Below, one piece after another: positions 13,824-25,958 of a DNA stretch of 64,000 bases. This stretch comes from Yuukianura sp. NJ FZ-2021 (lineage: Eukaryota). Numbering within the stretch: position 1 is the first letter of the stretch; each line of letters starts with the position of its first letter. A model generated the notes under the pieces. That model was not told the DNA's origin. It was given only the letters and a program-made list of their open reading frames with translations, and made no database searches. The translations under genes and the position numbers were made by a program. Where the stretch lies: assembly GCA_046563655.1 (NCBI GenBank), contig CM102288.1:992001-1056000 (forward strand), in the 5' to 3' direction.

Positions 13824-15338
13824 ATGAGGCTGAGCGACATTTTACGACTTTTGGCCAGCCTCTTTTGGGTCACCGCGGCGGTACAAGCAGAGTTCAAAGA
13901 TTTTGAATCGTGCTTAGTAAGAAATGGACTAAATTCAGCGCAGATTGTACGCAGAAGCGATTCCAGCGCATACGGAGTCCTTAACTACCAATGGCAACTC
14001 AAACTACCTCAAATTACACCGTTGGCCTATTTAGTCGTAGAGTCCGGCGCCGACGTTGTCGCAGCCGTCAAATGTGGGCGGGCAGCTAGAATTCGTGTAG
14101 TGCCAAAAAGTGGCGGGCATAATTTTGAAAAGTATTCGTTCGGCGACTCGGAATCAATCGTTTTGGATCTGCGCAAACTCAGTGCAGTAGAAGTTTCAGA
14201 AGACCGGTCACAAGCCACAGTGGGCGCCGGAATCCTACTAGGTCCATTGGTCTACTCACTCTGGAAAAGTGCCAAAGTGTTTATACCTACCGGATACTGC
14301 CCAGCAGTCGGAGTTTCTGGAGTGGCTCTTGGTGGCGGTTATGGCAACTTTGCGCAAACTTATGGACTGACGACTGACCAAATTCTGAAAATGACTTTGG
14401 TTACAGCCAACGGATCGCTTATTACTGCCAGTTCAACTGAAAACAGCGATGTCTTCTGGGCACTACGCGGAGCCGGAGCGACTTCGTTTGGAATCGTAAC
14501 GCAGTTTACTTTTAGGGTTTTCAAGGCGCCAAAAATTGTGTTCCTGGGGACACTTACTTACAACTTGGCTTTGTTCCCACCAGTTTTTGAAATTTGGCAA
14601 AAATATTTAATAGGAGATTCTAGAAAAGTTACAACTGAAATTGAAATCGTGGCTGAAAATTTCCTCCTTCGATTTGTGGATCCGTCTGGTCTAAATCACG
14701 AATTTGAAAAGTTTAGAAAATCCTGTCCACCTCCTACTAACATCTCTAGAATTTTTGTACCATTTGATGAGTTCTTATTTTATGAAGCCAAGTACTTGTC
14801 ATTTTCGGTTGGCCCGCAAGTACAATTCAACAAGCCAAAAGACCTTGCAAACATTGATAGATTCTCTACAGAACCCCAATTTGTCCAAAGAAAATCATTT
14901 TATGTAACTAAACTAATGGGAAAACTGAAAATTCTTGAGCTTTATAACTTAATTCTTGCGAGACCACCTTCAATGCAAGCTTGGTTTGAACCTTACGGAG
15001 GAGCTATTAATGACTTCAGGTCAACTGAAACCGCGTTTGTGCACAGACAAGGCAGAATTTACTGTGCAGTTGCCAGTTACCGCAATGTGAATCCAACACA
15101 ACTGGAAAACGAAATTGGAATTTCATGGCTCCATACTTTTCATAATTTCTTCGTAAATGTTCTCCATGAAAAAGAAAGTTACCAAAACTATGTGGATTCA
15201 GAGTTAGCGGATTACCTGCAACGCTATTATGGTAAAAATTTAAACAGATTGGTTAAGGTTAAGAGAAAATACGACCCTGAAAACTACTTTAAAAATCCAC
15301 TATCCATACCGACTGTGCTCCCGAAAAAGAAATTTTGA
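13824..15338 (+). CDS. Secreted FAD-linked oxidoreductase, berberine bridge enzyme-like (FAD_binding_4 + BBE); intronless, 504 aa
   Basis: Signal peptide, KSGGHN (His-FAD), TGYCPAVGVSGVALGGGYG (Cys-FAD), DVFWALRGAG, SYQNYVD..YYGKNLNRLVKVKRKYDPENYF. Confidence 0.93.
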   Translation: MRLSDILRLLASLFWVTAAVQAEFKDFESCLVRNGLNSAQIVRRSDSSAYGVLNYQWQLKLPQITPLAYLVVESGADVVAAVKCGRAARIRVVPKSGGHNFEKYSFGDSESIVLDLRKLSAVEVSEDRSQATVGAGILLGPLVYSLWKSAKVFIPTGYCPAVGVSGVALGGGYGNFAQTYGLTTDQILKMTLVTANGSLITASSTENSDVFWALRGAGATSFGIVTQFTFRVFKAPKIVFLGTLTYNLALFPPVFEIWQKYLIGDSRKVTTEIEIVAENFLLRFVDPSGLNHEFEKFRKSCPPPTNISRIFVPFDEFLFYEAKYLSFSVGPQVQFNKPKDLANIDRFSTEPQFVQRKSFYVTKLMGKLKILELYNLILARPPSMQAWFEPYGGAINDFRSTETAFVHRQGRIYCAVASYRNVNPTQLENEIGISWLHTFHNFFVNVLHEKESYQNYVDSELADYLQRYYGKNLNRLVKVKRKYDPENYFKNPLSIPTVLPKKKF

Positions 15339-15746
15339 ACAAGGTTTTTTAATTCTTGTTTTTGAAACAGGTCGTATAATTTCATTTCATCAAATGTATT
15401 TAAATATTCTAACTCAATAAAAACATTTATAACTCTAACTTTTACATTTTTCCAATAAAATAGGCATGGTCAGGGACAAATTTGCAGTTGAGTCACGCAT
15501 GTTGCAAAGTTTTCCAAAATTGACAAGGACAAAAGTGTCGCTCTTTGCACTAATTGCGTCATGTCACCTTGCTGACATCAGTTTTTATTTGTAATACCAT
15601 TTATTCATGAGATAGTTAGATGAGGAGATTAGTAACCTTCAACTTTTAAGCCACTTTAACAGCATATTTTAACACTTTTCAGGGCTGAATTTCACTAAGG
15701 TTTGTCTGTAGTTCAGTTTTTCTTGTTAGTTTTTAAAGTCACAACA

Positions 15747-16754
15747 ATGAAAACGCCTTCTCTATTGTTTTCCGCCTGTTTTTTCGTCACAAGCGTCCTT
15801 CATCTGGCCTCAACTGAACCAATTCTAGTCTCAATTTTTTACGAGACTCTAGTAAGAGCCAACTTAAAATTCATAGTTTTTTCGAAAATTTAGTTTTTAG
15901 TTTTTGAATTTTAAAATTTCAGTGTCCTGATTCCATCCGTTTCATCACACGTCAATTTTACCCTACTTACACCGCATTTGGTGGATTCGGAAATGCATAT
16001 TTGGGAGTTGAATTCGTTCCTTATGGAAAAGCAAGGGTTAGTTAGATTTAGTATGGAGGGATCTTGGTGGCAAAATTATTTGGAATTTTCGAGTGTTAAA
16101 ATACGTTTCGCCAATTAAAATCCATTCGAATGCGAGAAAAGTGTTTTTAATTAGCGAAACGTTTTTTTTAAAAAAAAACCTATTTAAAGCCGAAAATTTA
16201 AAATAATTTTCTCATCAAGATCCCTACGCTCCATGATTTATGTCACAATTCTCCAATTGCAAGATTGCAACTAGTACTAGTAGGTTAGATGATGTGTGAA
16301 TTGATCATCACTCGTATTGTAGACAACTGATCATGGAAATGGAACTTTCGGATTTGAATGTCAGCATGGTCCAAAAGAATGCAGTGGAAACATGATGCAT
16401 GCTTGTGCTCTGGACAAATTTCCAGCCGAATCCATCCCATCTTTTATTGACTGTTCCATGAGTTCCTCAAATCCGCCTACTTCTGGACCGGCATGTTCAA
16501 ATAAGCTGGGATTGGATTTCGGTCCAGTTGAATCTTGCATTGTGACACAAGGACCTAGTCTGTTGGCCACTTTAGGAACAAGGACTCATGCTCTGGAACC
16601 TACGTTAACTTATGTACCATGGCTCCTGTTCAATGGAATTTTTAGTCAGGAGGATTTGGAACAGAGTCGAGTGGATTTTATGGGTGTGGTTTGTGCAAAA
16701 CTGGACAATTCCACACTTCCACCGCCGTGTCTGAGCAGCAATAAAACAGTGTAA
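15747..16754 (+). CDS. GILT-like lysosomal thiol reductase (3 coding exons)
   Basis: Signal peptide, FYETL|CPDSIRFI (CxxS), VPYGKA, FECQHGPKECSGNMMHAC signature, YVPWLLFNG. Confidence 0.92.
16053..16234. mobile_element. Fold-back / MITE-like element in GILT intron 2
   Basis: Outer IR AGGGATCTTGgTGgcAAAATTATTT / AAATAATTTTCTCATCAAGATCCCT and inner IR ACGTTTCGCcAATTAAAA / TTTTAATTAGCGAAACGT. Confidence 0.55.
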
Positions 16755-16894
16755 ATGGTTTAAATGGGATTTAAAATTTAGTTGACTATTCTAACTTAAT
16801 AAAAACGTTAAAAAGCGCTGATAATCAATTTTCACTGTGTGAATTTTTATTTTCGGAAAGTTGAACCAAAAATTTATTCCTGATGCAATAAGGT

Positions 16895-19168
16895 TTAAGC
16901 CTCACCGTTGGGAACCGGAGCTGTCGATTTTTGTAGTTCCTGAAATTGAAACAAAAATTATTGCCGTTTATTTATTGTGAAGGTAATAAAATAGATTTAA
17001 ATATAATTAGTTTTAATGTTTTTACTTTCAATCTTGACTGAATGTAGGGAGCGAGATGACCTTTGTATTTTTCCATAAGTGCTGGTTGCTTATAGTCAGT
17101 CCCCCTGATGACCTTGCGACAACAGGCGGTGTTGCAGGAACATGCAAAGTCAGCCATGTTTTCTGCACAGTACGTCGCATAGTCAATGGCAATATGCTCA
17201 CCTTTTGGAATGTCTCTGGTACAAGATTATGCATAAATTATTAATATAATAATATAAATATAATATATAGTATAATACCTTCTAGCGATTAGGTTAAGGC
17301 CTTTGACCCAGGTATTGGGGTCACAAGAGTGGTTGAGTTGAGTCCACTCCAACGGATCATCACTCCATGTCGCCCAAATTCCGTCCGAAATGGGGTAGGC
17401 GTACTCTCCAAACCATTTTTTCATAAGTTCATCTTTCCATTCTAAAAGAATTTTCAAAAAATTCACAAATTTCAATTTTGTGATTATCAAGGAATTTTTC
17501 AAAATGGAGGAATTTCTGGCTAACCAGTTTCGACGTATTCTTTGGTGACTAGAAAATGCGGTCTTCCTTCGTGTTGATTCACGACCTCTCCCTTTTTGAT
17601 ATCATATCGTGCAAACTACATTGAAATTATTATATTAACTTTATATTAATTATGATTATACTAATCAATACTCCAATATAACCATTCCATATCCAGTTTC
17701 CGGCTTGTATCGAATTTCATAAGGTTTTGTTCTTTTTCTGGCTTGTTTTTGGGCACACGTTATCAAGTGTTCGGTAAATTTGACATGGCCGTTCTGCAAT
17801 ATTTTCAATTATTTTTGTATAATTATTTATAATATATAAATTACAATAAGTTACTTCTTCCTTCAAAAGAATGAAGTCTGCACTTCCAAGGGAGTTTGGA
17901 TTGTCGTCTGGAGCTTTGTAGTAAACTCCACAATTTGGATTCATTTCCAAAAAGTAAACTTGTCCATTCGAATTGACGCGGAAATCTGCTCGTCCGAAAC
18001 CAACTCCACGTAGGGCAATAAACATTTTCTTGCCAAACTCCTAAAACAGAAATTTCAAAATTTTGAAAGTTCAAAAAATTTAGAGGTGCGAGAGTTGGCA
18101 ACCTTTAGTTTCTCTGCCAGAGATTCATCACTACAAGTTTCCCATGAAACGTTATCCAAATCACGGTGCTTCAGATCAAAGTGTTTAAATGTCTCTCCTC
18201 CCTACAAGTTTTGTAAATCAAATTTCAAAAACAAAAAAAAAACTCTATTTTTTCAAATTTCTAAAATTTTGATTCAAAAGTTACCAGAAAAACACATTCG
18301 AGCGGAGTATACGCAATGGGGCTAGCAGCATCTTCCGGGTTTTCAGCCACCAAAACCGTAAATTCTCGTCCTTCGATGAATTCCTCAATAAGAGCTCCTT
18401 AAAAATTTTAAAATTGAACTACCAGCAGAAGTTACATAAAGTTTTTGAGTAAAAATTGAGTAAAATTGCATAAAATGAGTAAGAATCTGTGACCACCACA
18501 CCAAGGGTGTCACTTTACCTCTGAATTGACGGATAGTTGCTCTCGCCATGTCAAAAAGTTGTTGACAATTGTGGACTTTTGACTCCTTGGACATTCCGAC
18601 ACTTGAGTAGCCATTGTAGTGCTTAACAATCATCGGGTACTTGAGCCACTTATGTCCTTCTTCAATGGCCTCTTCATCAAATGCAAAAATGAATGGCGGT
18701 GTTGGGACCCCGTAGTAGTGCGCCATCATCTTTTGCAACTGAAAATAACTTATTGTAAATTTCAATTTTTGTTAATTATTTTCTAATACCTCTTTGGATG
18801 GTTCGTAGAAAGTAGAATTGGCTCCAGTGAAAACTTGGTTGTACTTTTCCAGAAGTTGGACAACTTCCATCCCAGCTCTGTCCTCATCAGACGCTCCATC
18901 ACACAAATTCAAAAATACATCATGACCTTCACACACTAACTCTCGAATTTGTTGGGCAGCAGTGGCTTTTTCTAAAAAAAATGAAATTCGAAAAATGAAT
19001 TCCAAAACGTCGATTTTTTGAAAAGTACTAAAATTTACCAATAAGAACTCTCTTGAACGTGTAATCCCCGTGACCTTTCATGTAATGTTCTGCATCACGG
19101 TAGGGGTCAACTCCGCTCATAGGAGAATTCGAGTTTTCATAAGATGACTCCAAAATACAAATTTTCAT
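16895..19168 (-). CDS. D-alanine--D-alanine ligase-like ATP-grasp enzyme fused to SET + post-SET domain (~11 exons)
   Basis: DVFLNLCDG, FTGA..FYEPSKE, YPMIVKHYNGYSSVGM, LIEEFIEGREFTVLV, GFGRADFRV..VYFLEMNPNCG; then GYGM|FARYDIKKGEVV, LNHSCDPN, DIPKGEHIAIDY, FACSCNTACCR. Confidence 0.88.
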
Positions 19169-19923
19169 TCTAGAATGTAGGAAAACATGTGAGAATTTCA
19201 GAAATTTACAAATTATGGACACTCATTTTCCAGTACAATTTCTATTTTTTAAAAATTAGTGAAGAATTAATCTCACTTTTTTGATTTTTTTTACTTTTTC
19301 CAATAAACCAAAACGTGACAATTAAGCTTCACTCCTGCTTTTGAACCAAGCCAATTTTGAAATGAGCAGAATCCAACACAAAATCTGTCTTCGTCTGCAA
19401 TTCATTTGGAATTTAGACGAATTTGAGTCTGCTAAATTGTCCCACATGTCTATAAGGCACAAATGTTTTCTAAGACGCTCCATAATCCCTAAATTTACTT
19501 TTTAGATTAAACTGTGCTATTCAATATTTCAATGCTCGTCTACTACCGTTATGAACTCAAACTTGACCTTACAAGTTCAACTTTGGAAAAACTTTGACAA
19601 TTATTTTTTGTAAGGAACGCAATTTTTTCAGCTTTCTATTGACAATCATACGCACATTTGCTGTTATTTCACACAATGCAAGCCTTCCTTTGCATTGAAC
19701 CACCCCAAAAACCTGTTTTTTTGAGAACTTAACTGGTTTTTGCTAATTTCACTTTTCACTTTCACTTGTGAACTACGATTTCTCAATGCAGCGTAACGCT
19801 AATGTAAGAACGTGCAGGTTGATTGAGACATTGGCATTAGTAGAAATCAGTAACTTCTTGACAGTTCCGTTTCATTTTTAGTGGTCACTTCTATCACAAG
19901 TGAAGTGGTTAAAAATTAAGAAA

Positions 19924-20439
19924 ATGAATCGATTAATTTTAATTTTGGTGGTCGTTTCGAGTAGTTTGAGGACCGAAGCTGGAAGTATTGCAACTGAGTA
20001 CATAACTATTGCTGAAGATCCGCCAGGTCAAGAGGTCATTGACCCCGAACCGAATCATATCGTGATTGAGCAGTTTGAGGATGACCCCTACGATGACGGA
20101 GGTCACGAAGAAGTAATTGAAGTTCAAGGTCAAGGAATAAGTAATGATCCTGACACGAAACCAAGAGAACCACGGTGGTACGAGTTGCTTAAAAAGTCAA
20201 TCATCCCGCTAATTTTCGTGCCAATTTTTGGAATTGCAATTCCTGTGCTTCTTTTCAACGAATCACAAGAGCGTGAGAGAAAAGCTCGGTTCGGACCGAA
20301 CGCAGGAGCAAGCAGTGGCGCAAGTGATGTCGCAACGGTTAGGAACTTTGATGGAAGTAATTCCGAATTTTGGCTTAGATTTGGAACGAGGCTGAGGAGA
20401 ATCGAAGACCTGGCGGCCAGAGTCCTTCCGCATATTTGA
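19924..20439 (+). CDS. Uncharacterised single-exon protein: signal peptide, acidic ectodomain, one TM segment
   Basis: MNRLILILVVVSSSLRTEA signal; SIIPLIFVPIFGIAIPVLLF TM; GC-richer 171-aa ORF. Confidence 0.65.
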   Translation: MNRLILILVVVSSSLRTEAGSIATEYITIAEDPPGQEVIDPEPNHIVIEQFEDDPYDDGGHEEVIEVQGQGISNDPDTKPREPRWYELLKKSIIPLIFVPIFGIAIPVLLFNESQERERKARFGPNAGASSGASDVATVRNFDGSNSEFWLRFGTRLRRIEDLAARVLPHI

Positions 20440-23400
20440 GTTAACCTTTGACCTTTTGTTCCAAAATTGTTGCATAATTTATACATTAAAAGTAAATCAT
20501 GAAACTGCTAAACCAATTGAAATGAAAATTTTATTTATTATTTTTTTGAAAAAGCACTTTTTCGGACTACTTTACAGACATGTAAACTGTGAATTTCTGT
20601 ACAACCAATTTCTTGTGATGCACGTTTAAAATAACATCAAAAATGGGTTGTGAACTGTTAAAAAGTTCTGAGTTTGACCTACTTTTCTATAAGGAGTTTT
20701 TTTTATAAGTTTTCCTTGTTAATACAAGTCTAATAAGGATAGTTGATTAACTCACATGCTTTTGGTAGTATCTTCTTACCCACTTTTGCCATGTCGACAT
20801 CAATTTGCGTTAGAAAGATCTCCAGATGTATCTAAACTTTTTTTCCGCAGGTTTTCCTTGTCTTCTGAGATTGGAATCAGTTTAATTGAAGTTCTAAATT
20901 GAATTTCCCGTTGATCGATGCGAAAAAAGATACCAAACTTAAATAATGTTTCCAACAAATTGCAATTTTTTTTGTCAGAATTTTGTTGGTCGCGTGTTTT
21001 TTTTTTTTACTTCCAGGAGCATCATATTTCCTATTTCTGACCTATTTACTAATTGTAAATTTTGAGACAAAGTAAAAAATGATTTTTTTTTAAATTTATT
21101 TTTTTTTAAATAAGCGTTGCTACCGACCCAAGTGAAAACAAATGGAACGGTGTCTGTTGCAGACAAAGCAGAAAGTTTTGAAGCGTTGATCTTTTTTCCA
21201 TTGTTTTGTGGAAAATGAAAAGTGAGTTGGAGGGTAGAACGAATCGAATCAAAGAGATGGCTTTGTCTTTATGGCTTTTTGAATATGAACCATCAAATTT
21301 ACATTTATTTTTACCGCATTTAGCTCTTTTCCTTTTCAAATTCAAGAATTTGTACCAAAAAATGAAAAAAGTACAGTTTGATTAAATTTTTCTTTCAGTA
21401 AAATTTGTCACTGCGTTCATGCAGGAAGTGGCTAAGCTCAAACATGAAACTTTATCTAAAACATTTTTTTTTGCATTGAAGTGTATAAACGTTTGAATTT
21501 TTGGGGTTATAAAATTTTGATCTAAAACGGCAAAAAATTTAGCACGTTTTTTGGGCGGTACTAGTGGCATCATAATTCTGAGCGGAGAAAATGTGCTTTT
21601 ACCGACTTTAACTTGTGAGGCAGAGACACACGGAACTTTGTTCCTTTCTTTCCTTTCTCCTTCCATTGACAGTCTGACCTCCATTGGAGAAAGTTCAACT
21701 TCAAAAGCCTCGTCCAGCACAACATAACCTTACACGCCAACAAAAGCAAAACCTAACAAATAAAAATCCCATTTCAAAAAAGAGTAAAAAAGTTAATCCT
21801 ATTTTGAAAAGAGAAAGTTATTGAAACTTGAGAGCATAAATCAACTTAATCGGAAACTTCAATTTCGGTAAGAGCTTTCACTTTCCGCTAAATCATTCTG
21901 CTTCACTAATTTTTCGATTATGAACACAAATTGGTTTAATTTTTCCAAAAACAGAAATTCTTATGAAACACATTACATTTCAGTTCAACTGCTTTCAGTA
22001 TTTTTGATGCTACTATTTTTGAACAAAGTGCAGAAAAAACACAACAATTTTTACTTTTTTTTTCTGGAACCGACTAGAAATGTAAAGTTTTGTTGGCGAA
22101 CTTTGTTGTTTTTGTTCAAGATTGCACAACTCTCTGTAGATTTTGCTCAAAAGTGTTTTTCTCATTTTCTGTTTTAGATTTTGTTTAGATTCTGCTCCAT
22201 ATCAGCCTACTTTCCTTTATTGTTCTCCATTTTGTTTCGCTCTGTTTTTGACTTAATGCAAAGTATGGAATTTGCTTTCTACATTTTCAAGTTCCTTCTG
22301 TAAAACGGAATTTCAAAAAAGTTTTTGTACGCTCCTGGAGGTTCTTTTCAAGAAACAAACTTTTTTTTTACTCTCAAAGATAAGAAACGCCCTTAAACCA
22401 AACAGACTTATTCAGTGCAGAAACAATTGGAAAATGCGATGGAATTTTTTTTAGATCCCAAAACTTTTTTTTGAAAGTTCGCTTATCTGTACTTGACAAA
22501 TAAAAAAAAAACAGAAAAATTTGGGTTTTATGAATGTTTGTACAAGAAGCCTAGCATTGGACATTTTTGACAAGGAAAATAATGCTTACGTTTCATCAAT
22601 TTTTTGTTTCGAAAACCCTAACATGAAAAAGTGAAAGTCGACATGAACTTTCTCTTTTTCCTTTGACTTCCAAAGGTAGAAATGAAATTTAATGATAATG
22701 AAATGTTAAGTTTAGTGTAATAATGTCTGTTTTTGAATGAACTGAAACTGTTTGACTCTATGTTTTAAATTAGACAGTTGCGGTAACGTCGGAAGTCAGT
22801 AAAGAAGATTAATTCCTTCCTCAAGTGCTGTCTTCCGCTTTTAGTTTTTACTGCACTTCTTCCATACAGTAGTTACTCCCTCCTGTTGACAATGAAAAGT
22901 GAATTCGTACTACACCAAAAGCTAAGTTCCTCTCCACAAAAGTGTTAAAAAGTGTTCTTTTGAACTTCGTTTGTTGAAAAGAATAGCTTTAACACAGGAA
23001 GAAACGATTCAAGTAAATCTAAAAATTCAAATTCAAATCGTGAGAACAAGACCATAAAAATTCAAAAAGCGTTCGTTGTTGTAAAGTTACCACAAAATGG
23101 AGAAAGTACAATGCACTGAACTGTTCCAAAAGTTACTTTGTAAGTGCGTAAAAGGGTTTATGGAAAATAATAAGTTTATGACGCGCTCAAAACTTTCTCT
23201 TTCTTTTTTTTTAAAGTGCAGTTTGTAACATTAGATTCAAAAAATAATTTGGTTTTAATTTTGAATTGCTAATTTGGAAGAGAAGCACTTACAAATATTT
23301 TAAACTGTTGGAAGGAAAGCATTAAAAATTATGCGGTAGTCTTTAGAATTTTAACAGTGCAAAAGTTAAAAATTTTAAAAATAAACGTAAAGTTGTCCTC

Positions 23401-25893
23401 TTCCTTCAAAACATTTCATGTTTTAAAATTTTTGAAGTACTCTAGGAAGCTCGTTGAAGGAAAAGCATTAACCAAATTCTTTGGAAATTAAGCATAACCG
23501 TAAAGTTCAAAGAAGTTCATAATTTTGTAGAGAACAAAGTGCTTAAGGCTTCCCTGTAATTTGATTTGATGCTGGTGAGAGCAGCGGGGTTATAAGAAAA
23601 AACCGGAAATTTTGAAAGTTTAGAAAAAGTGAAGACGAAAATTTATGAACTCTTTACTTCTGTTTTTTATTTTTTGTTGTTTCCATTTCCTTCAGAATTT
23701 ATTTTGAAACTGTCGCTTTTATCTTCTTCTTACTTTCACTTGCATGAAATTCTCTTGAAATCTGTCTAAAATCAAAATTTTAAATGAACCACTTTTTGGA
23801 TTTTAAATTTTTAGGTGAAACTTTTTTCTAAAATGAGAATTGAAAGGGAGATGGATGAAGCTTTTAGAATTGATTCAATAAATCCATTCGTTTCGTTCAA
23901 CCTGTTCAATTTTCCATTGAATAAATTTCATAGAAGAAGAGCAACAGGCTGGCAATTTTTTTTTCAACTTTCTCTTTTTTGGATTTCGAAAAAAAAAAGT
24001 TTGGAAAACTATAAATTGCCTCTGTAAAACATACAAGAAGCTCTTAATTTTTTTCTCGGAAAGAAATCAACTTCAACTTGATGGGATGAGACCTCTCGAC
24101 ACAATTTCAAAATTCTCAAATTTTCCAAAAATTTTCAAAATTCAAAAGAAACTTCCGCCTGCTTGTTGTCCATATAGGGAAGTGCAATAACATTTTTTCT
24201 TCAAAGTTGTATACTTTAGTAATATGATCTCAATGTTTTCCATAGTTTACATTTCCACAAGGACATTTTTCACGTTTTTCTGAAAATTCACATTTTGTTT
24301 GTGTTTGTTCCAGAAATGAAATGTAAGCTTCTTCACCTCAACCTAAAGGGATCCCATTTCAGTTTTTAATGTAAAATTCTATTCTGTAATTTGGAAGAAA
24401 CAAATTGGAATTTGAGCTGCACGAATACGTTATTAGGATCATCTCACGCTTAAAGATGCAAACTAAGCATTACTTTCCAGAAAGTGCTGTGGTTTCATGC
24501 GGGTTGCATTTTTCGTCTGAAAACTTTATTCTGATTTTGATTAAAAGAGAAAAGTGGGTTCTGTCTAGTGATTTGAAAAGCATTTATTCAAATCCCACTT
24601 TTTCAGCTTCATTTCTAGCACGAACGAAAACCCAGAAATCGTTCGTTTCTTTTTTCATGGGCAATAACTCTACCCGGGTTTATTCAAAATTGGAATGTCT
24701 TTTCCATCTGCTTCAATCTCTACTATATCACGTTCCGCTCAACAAAATCCATTTTCTCGTTAAAACTACAATTTGCGATTCCATTATTTCAAAATCACTA
24801 TAACATATTTTTTGAAATTTCAATCCCAACGGATAGTAGTTTACAAATTCTGTCAAAAAACACCGGATTTCCAAATTTTATTTCAAACAAAAAGGATTCC
24901 AATCCAAGAAAGCCCCTCAGATTCCAAGCAATCATGAGTAAATTTATAACTTTCTTTTTGAATTTTTTTTGTTTTCGAAATTTTATTTTTTCAAAATTTT
25001 GATTTTCAATGGTGGATTTTGATGTGAAGTTTGAAGGAGTGTGGAAAGCACTTAAAAGTGGAATTTAGCGAGTGATGAGATGATGACAGAAAGTTGAATT
25101 CGTGAAAAAGAGAAAGTCGGAGTTAGAATTTGCGGGTGGGGAGGAGGGTTAGACACTTTTAGTTTTCCATTCTTTGCTTTTGAAGAGCATTTAGATGAAA
25201 GTGGGGGCGGGGTAGGTGTGTTGAGTGAAGATTAGATGATGAGGGAATCCGTTATAGTAGGACGATGGGGAGGGATTATAACTTTGTCTGAAGAAGATGA
25301 AGAAGTGAGAGTGTTGCGGCTTAAATCGACGCCTCTCAACTTTTACTTTTTGTTGATTTTGGCTTTCTTGAGTACACACAATTCACATGGTTCAATAGCC
25401 TCTTCAAAAACGCTCGTTTCCAACGGAACTTTCACTCTCGTCCATTCAAAAATCTAGCATGGCAGAAACACTAGAAGAGCTAAACCTAAGTTTAGTTCAT
25501 TAGAAAAGCGTTACGTGAGTGAAGGCTAAAAGTGACGCTATTTTGCGGTCCCTAATTCCCGTAATCTTTCTTCAAAATAACGACAAGACGATCCAGGCAA
25601 AAGAAAAGTAAAATGTCAGGAAGAATTTGGAGAAAGTGCCTCGCTTCCGGAACAGGCACGACCCAATCCCCGGGGATTTTCCAAATCCCCGCTAAACCGA
25701 GCTTGAATTGTGTAACCCTTCGTGGGTATTTTGAGGTAGGGCATGACTAACCTTGACGTTTGACGTAATTCAACAAGAAGAAGAGGTCATGTGTGGTGTG
25801 TGGTTACGGCAAACAGCCTAACCTTAACCGCTAACTCCTCAAACAAGCTTTTATCTGTCACCTTCACCTCAAGGGCAGCAAAGTTTAATTTAA

Positions 25894-25958
25894 CTATGTT
25901 ATAGATTAAGGGGGGGTACTTTCATAAGTACAAAGTACCCCCTTAATCTATAGCATAG
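25894..25958. repeat. Near-perfect palindrome/hairpin
   Basis: CTATGtTATAGATTAAGGGGGGGTACTTT-loop-AAAGTACCCCCTTAATCTATAGCATAG. Confidence 0.8.

Noticed and set aside
13824..15338. Microbial contamination explaining the BBE gene
   Set aside because: Contiguous with intron-containing animal genes, similar composition, and AATAAA signal downstream (~15416).
15838..15935. GILT CxxS active site as a novelty or Sec site
   Set aside because: LCPDS is the usual arthropod GILT variant; there is no TGA.
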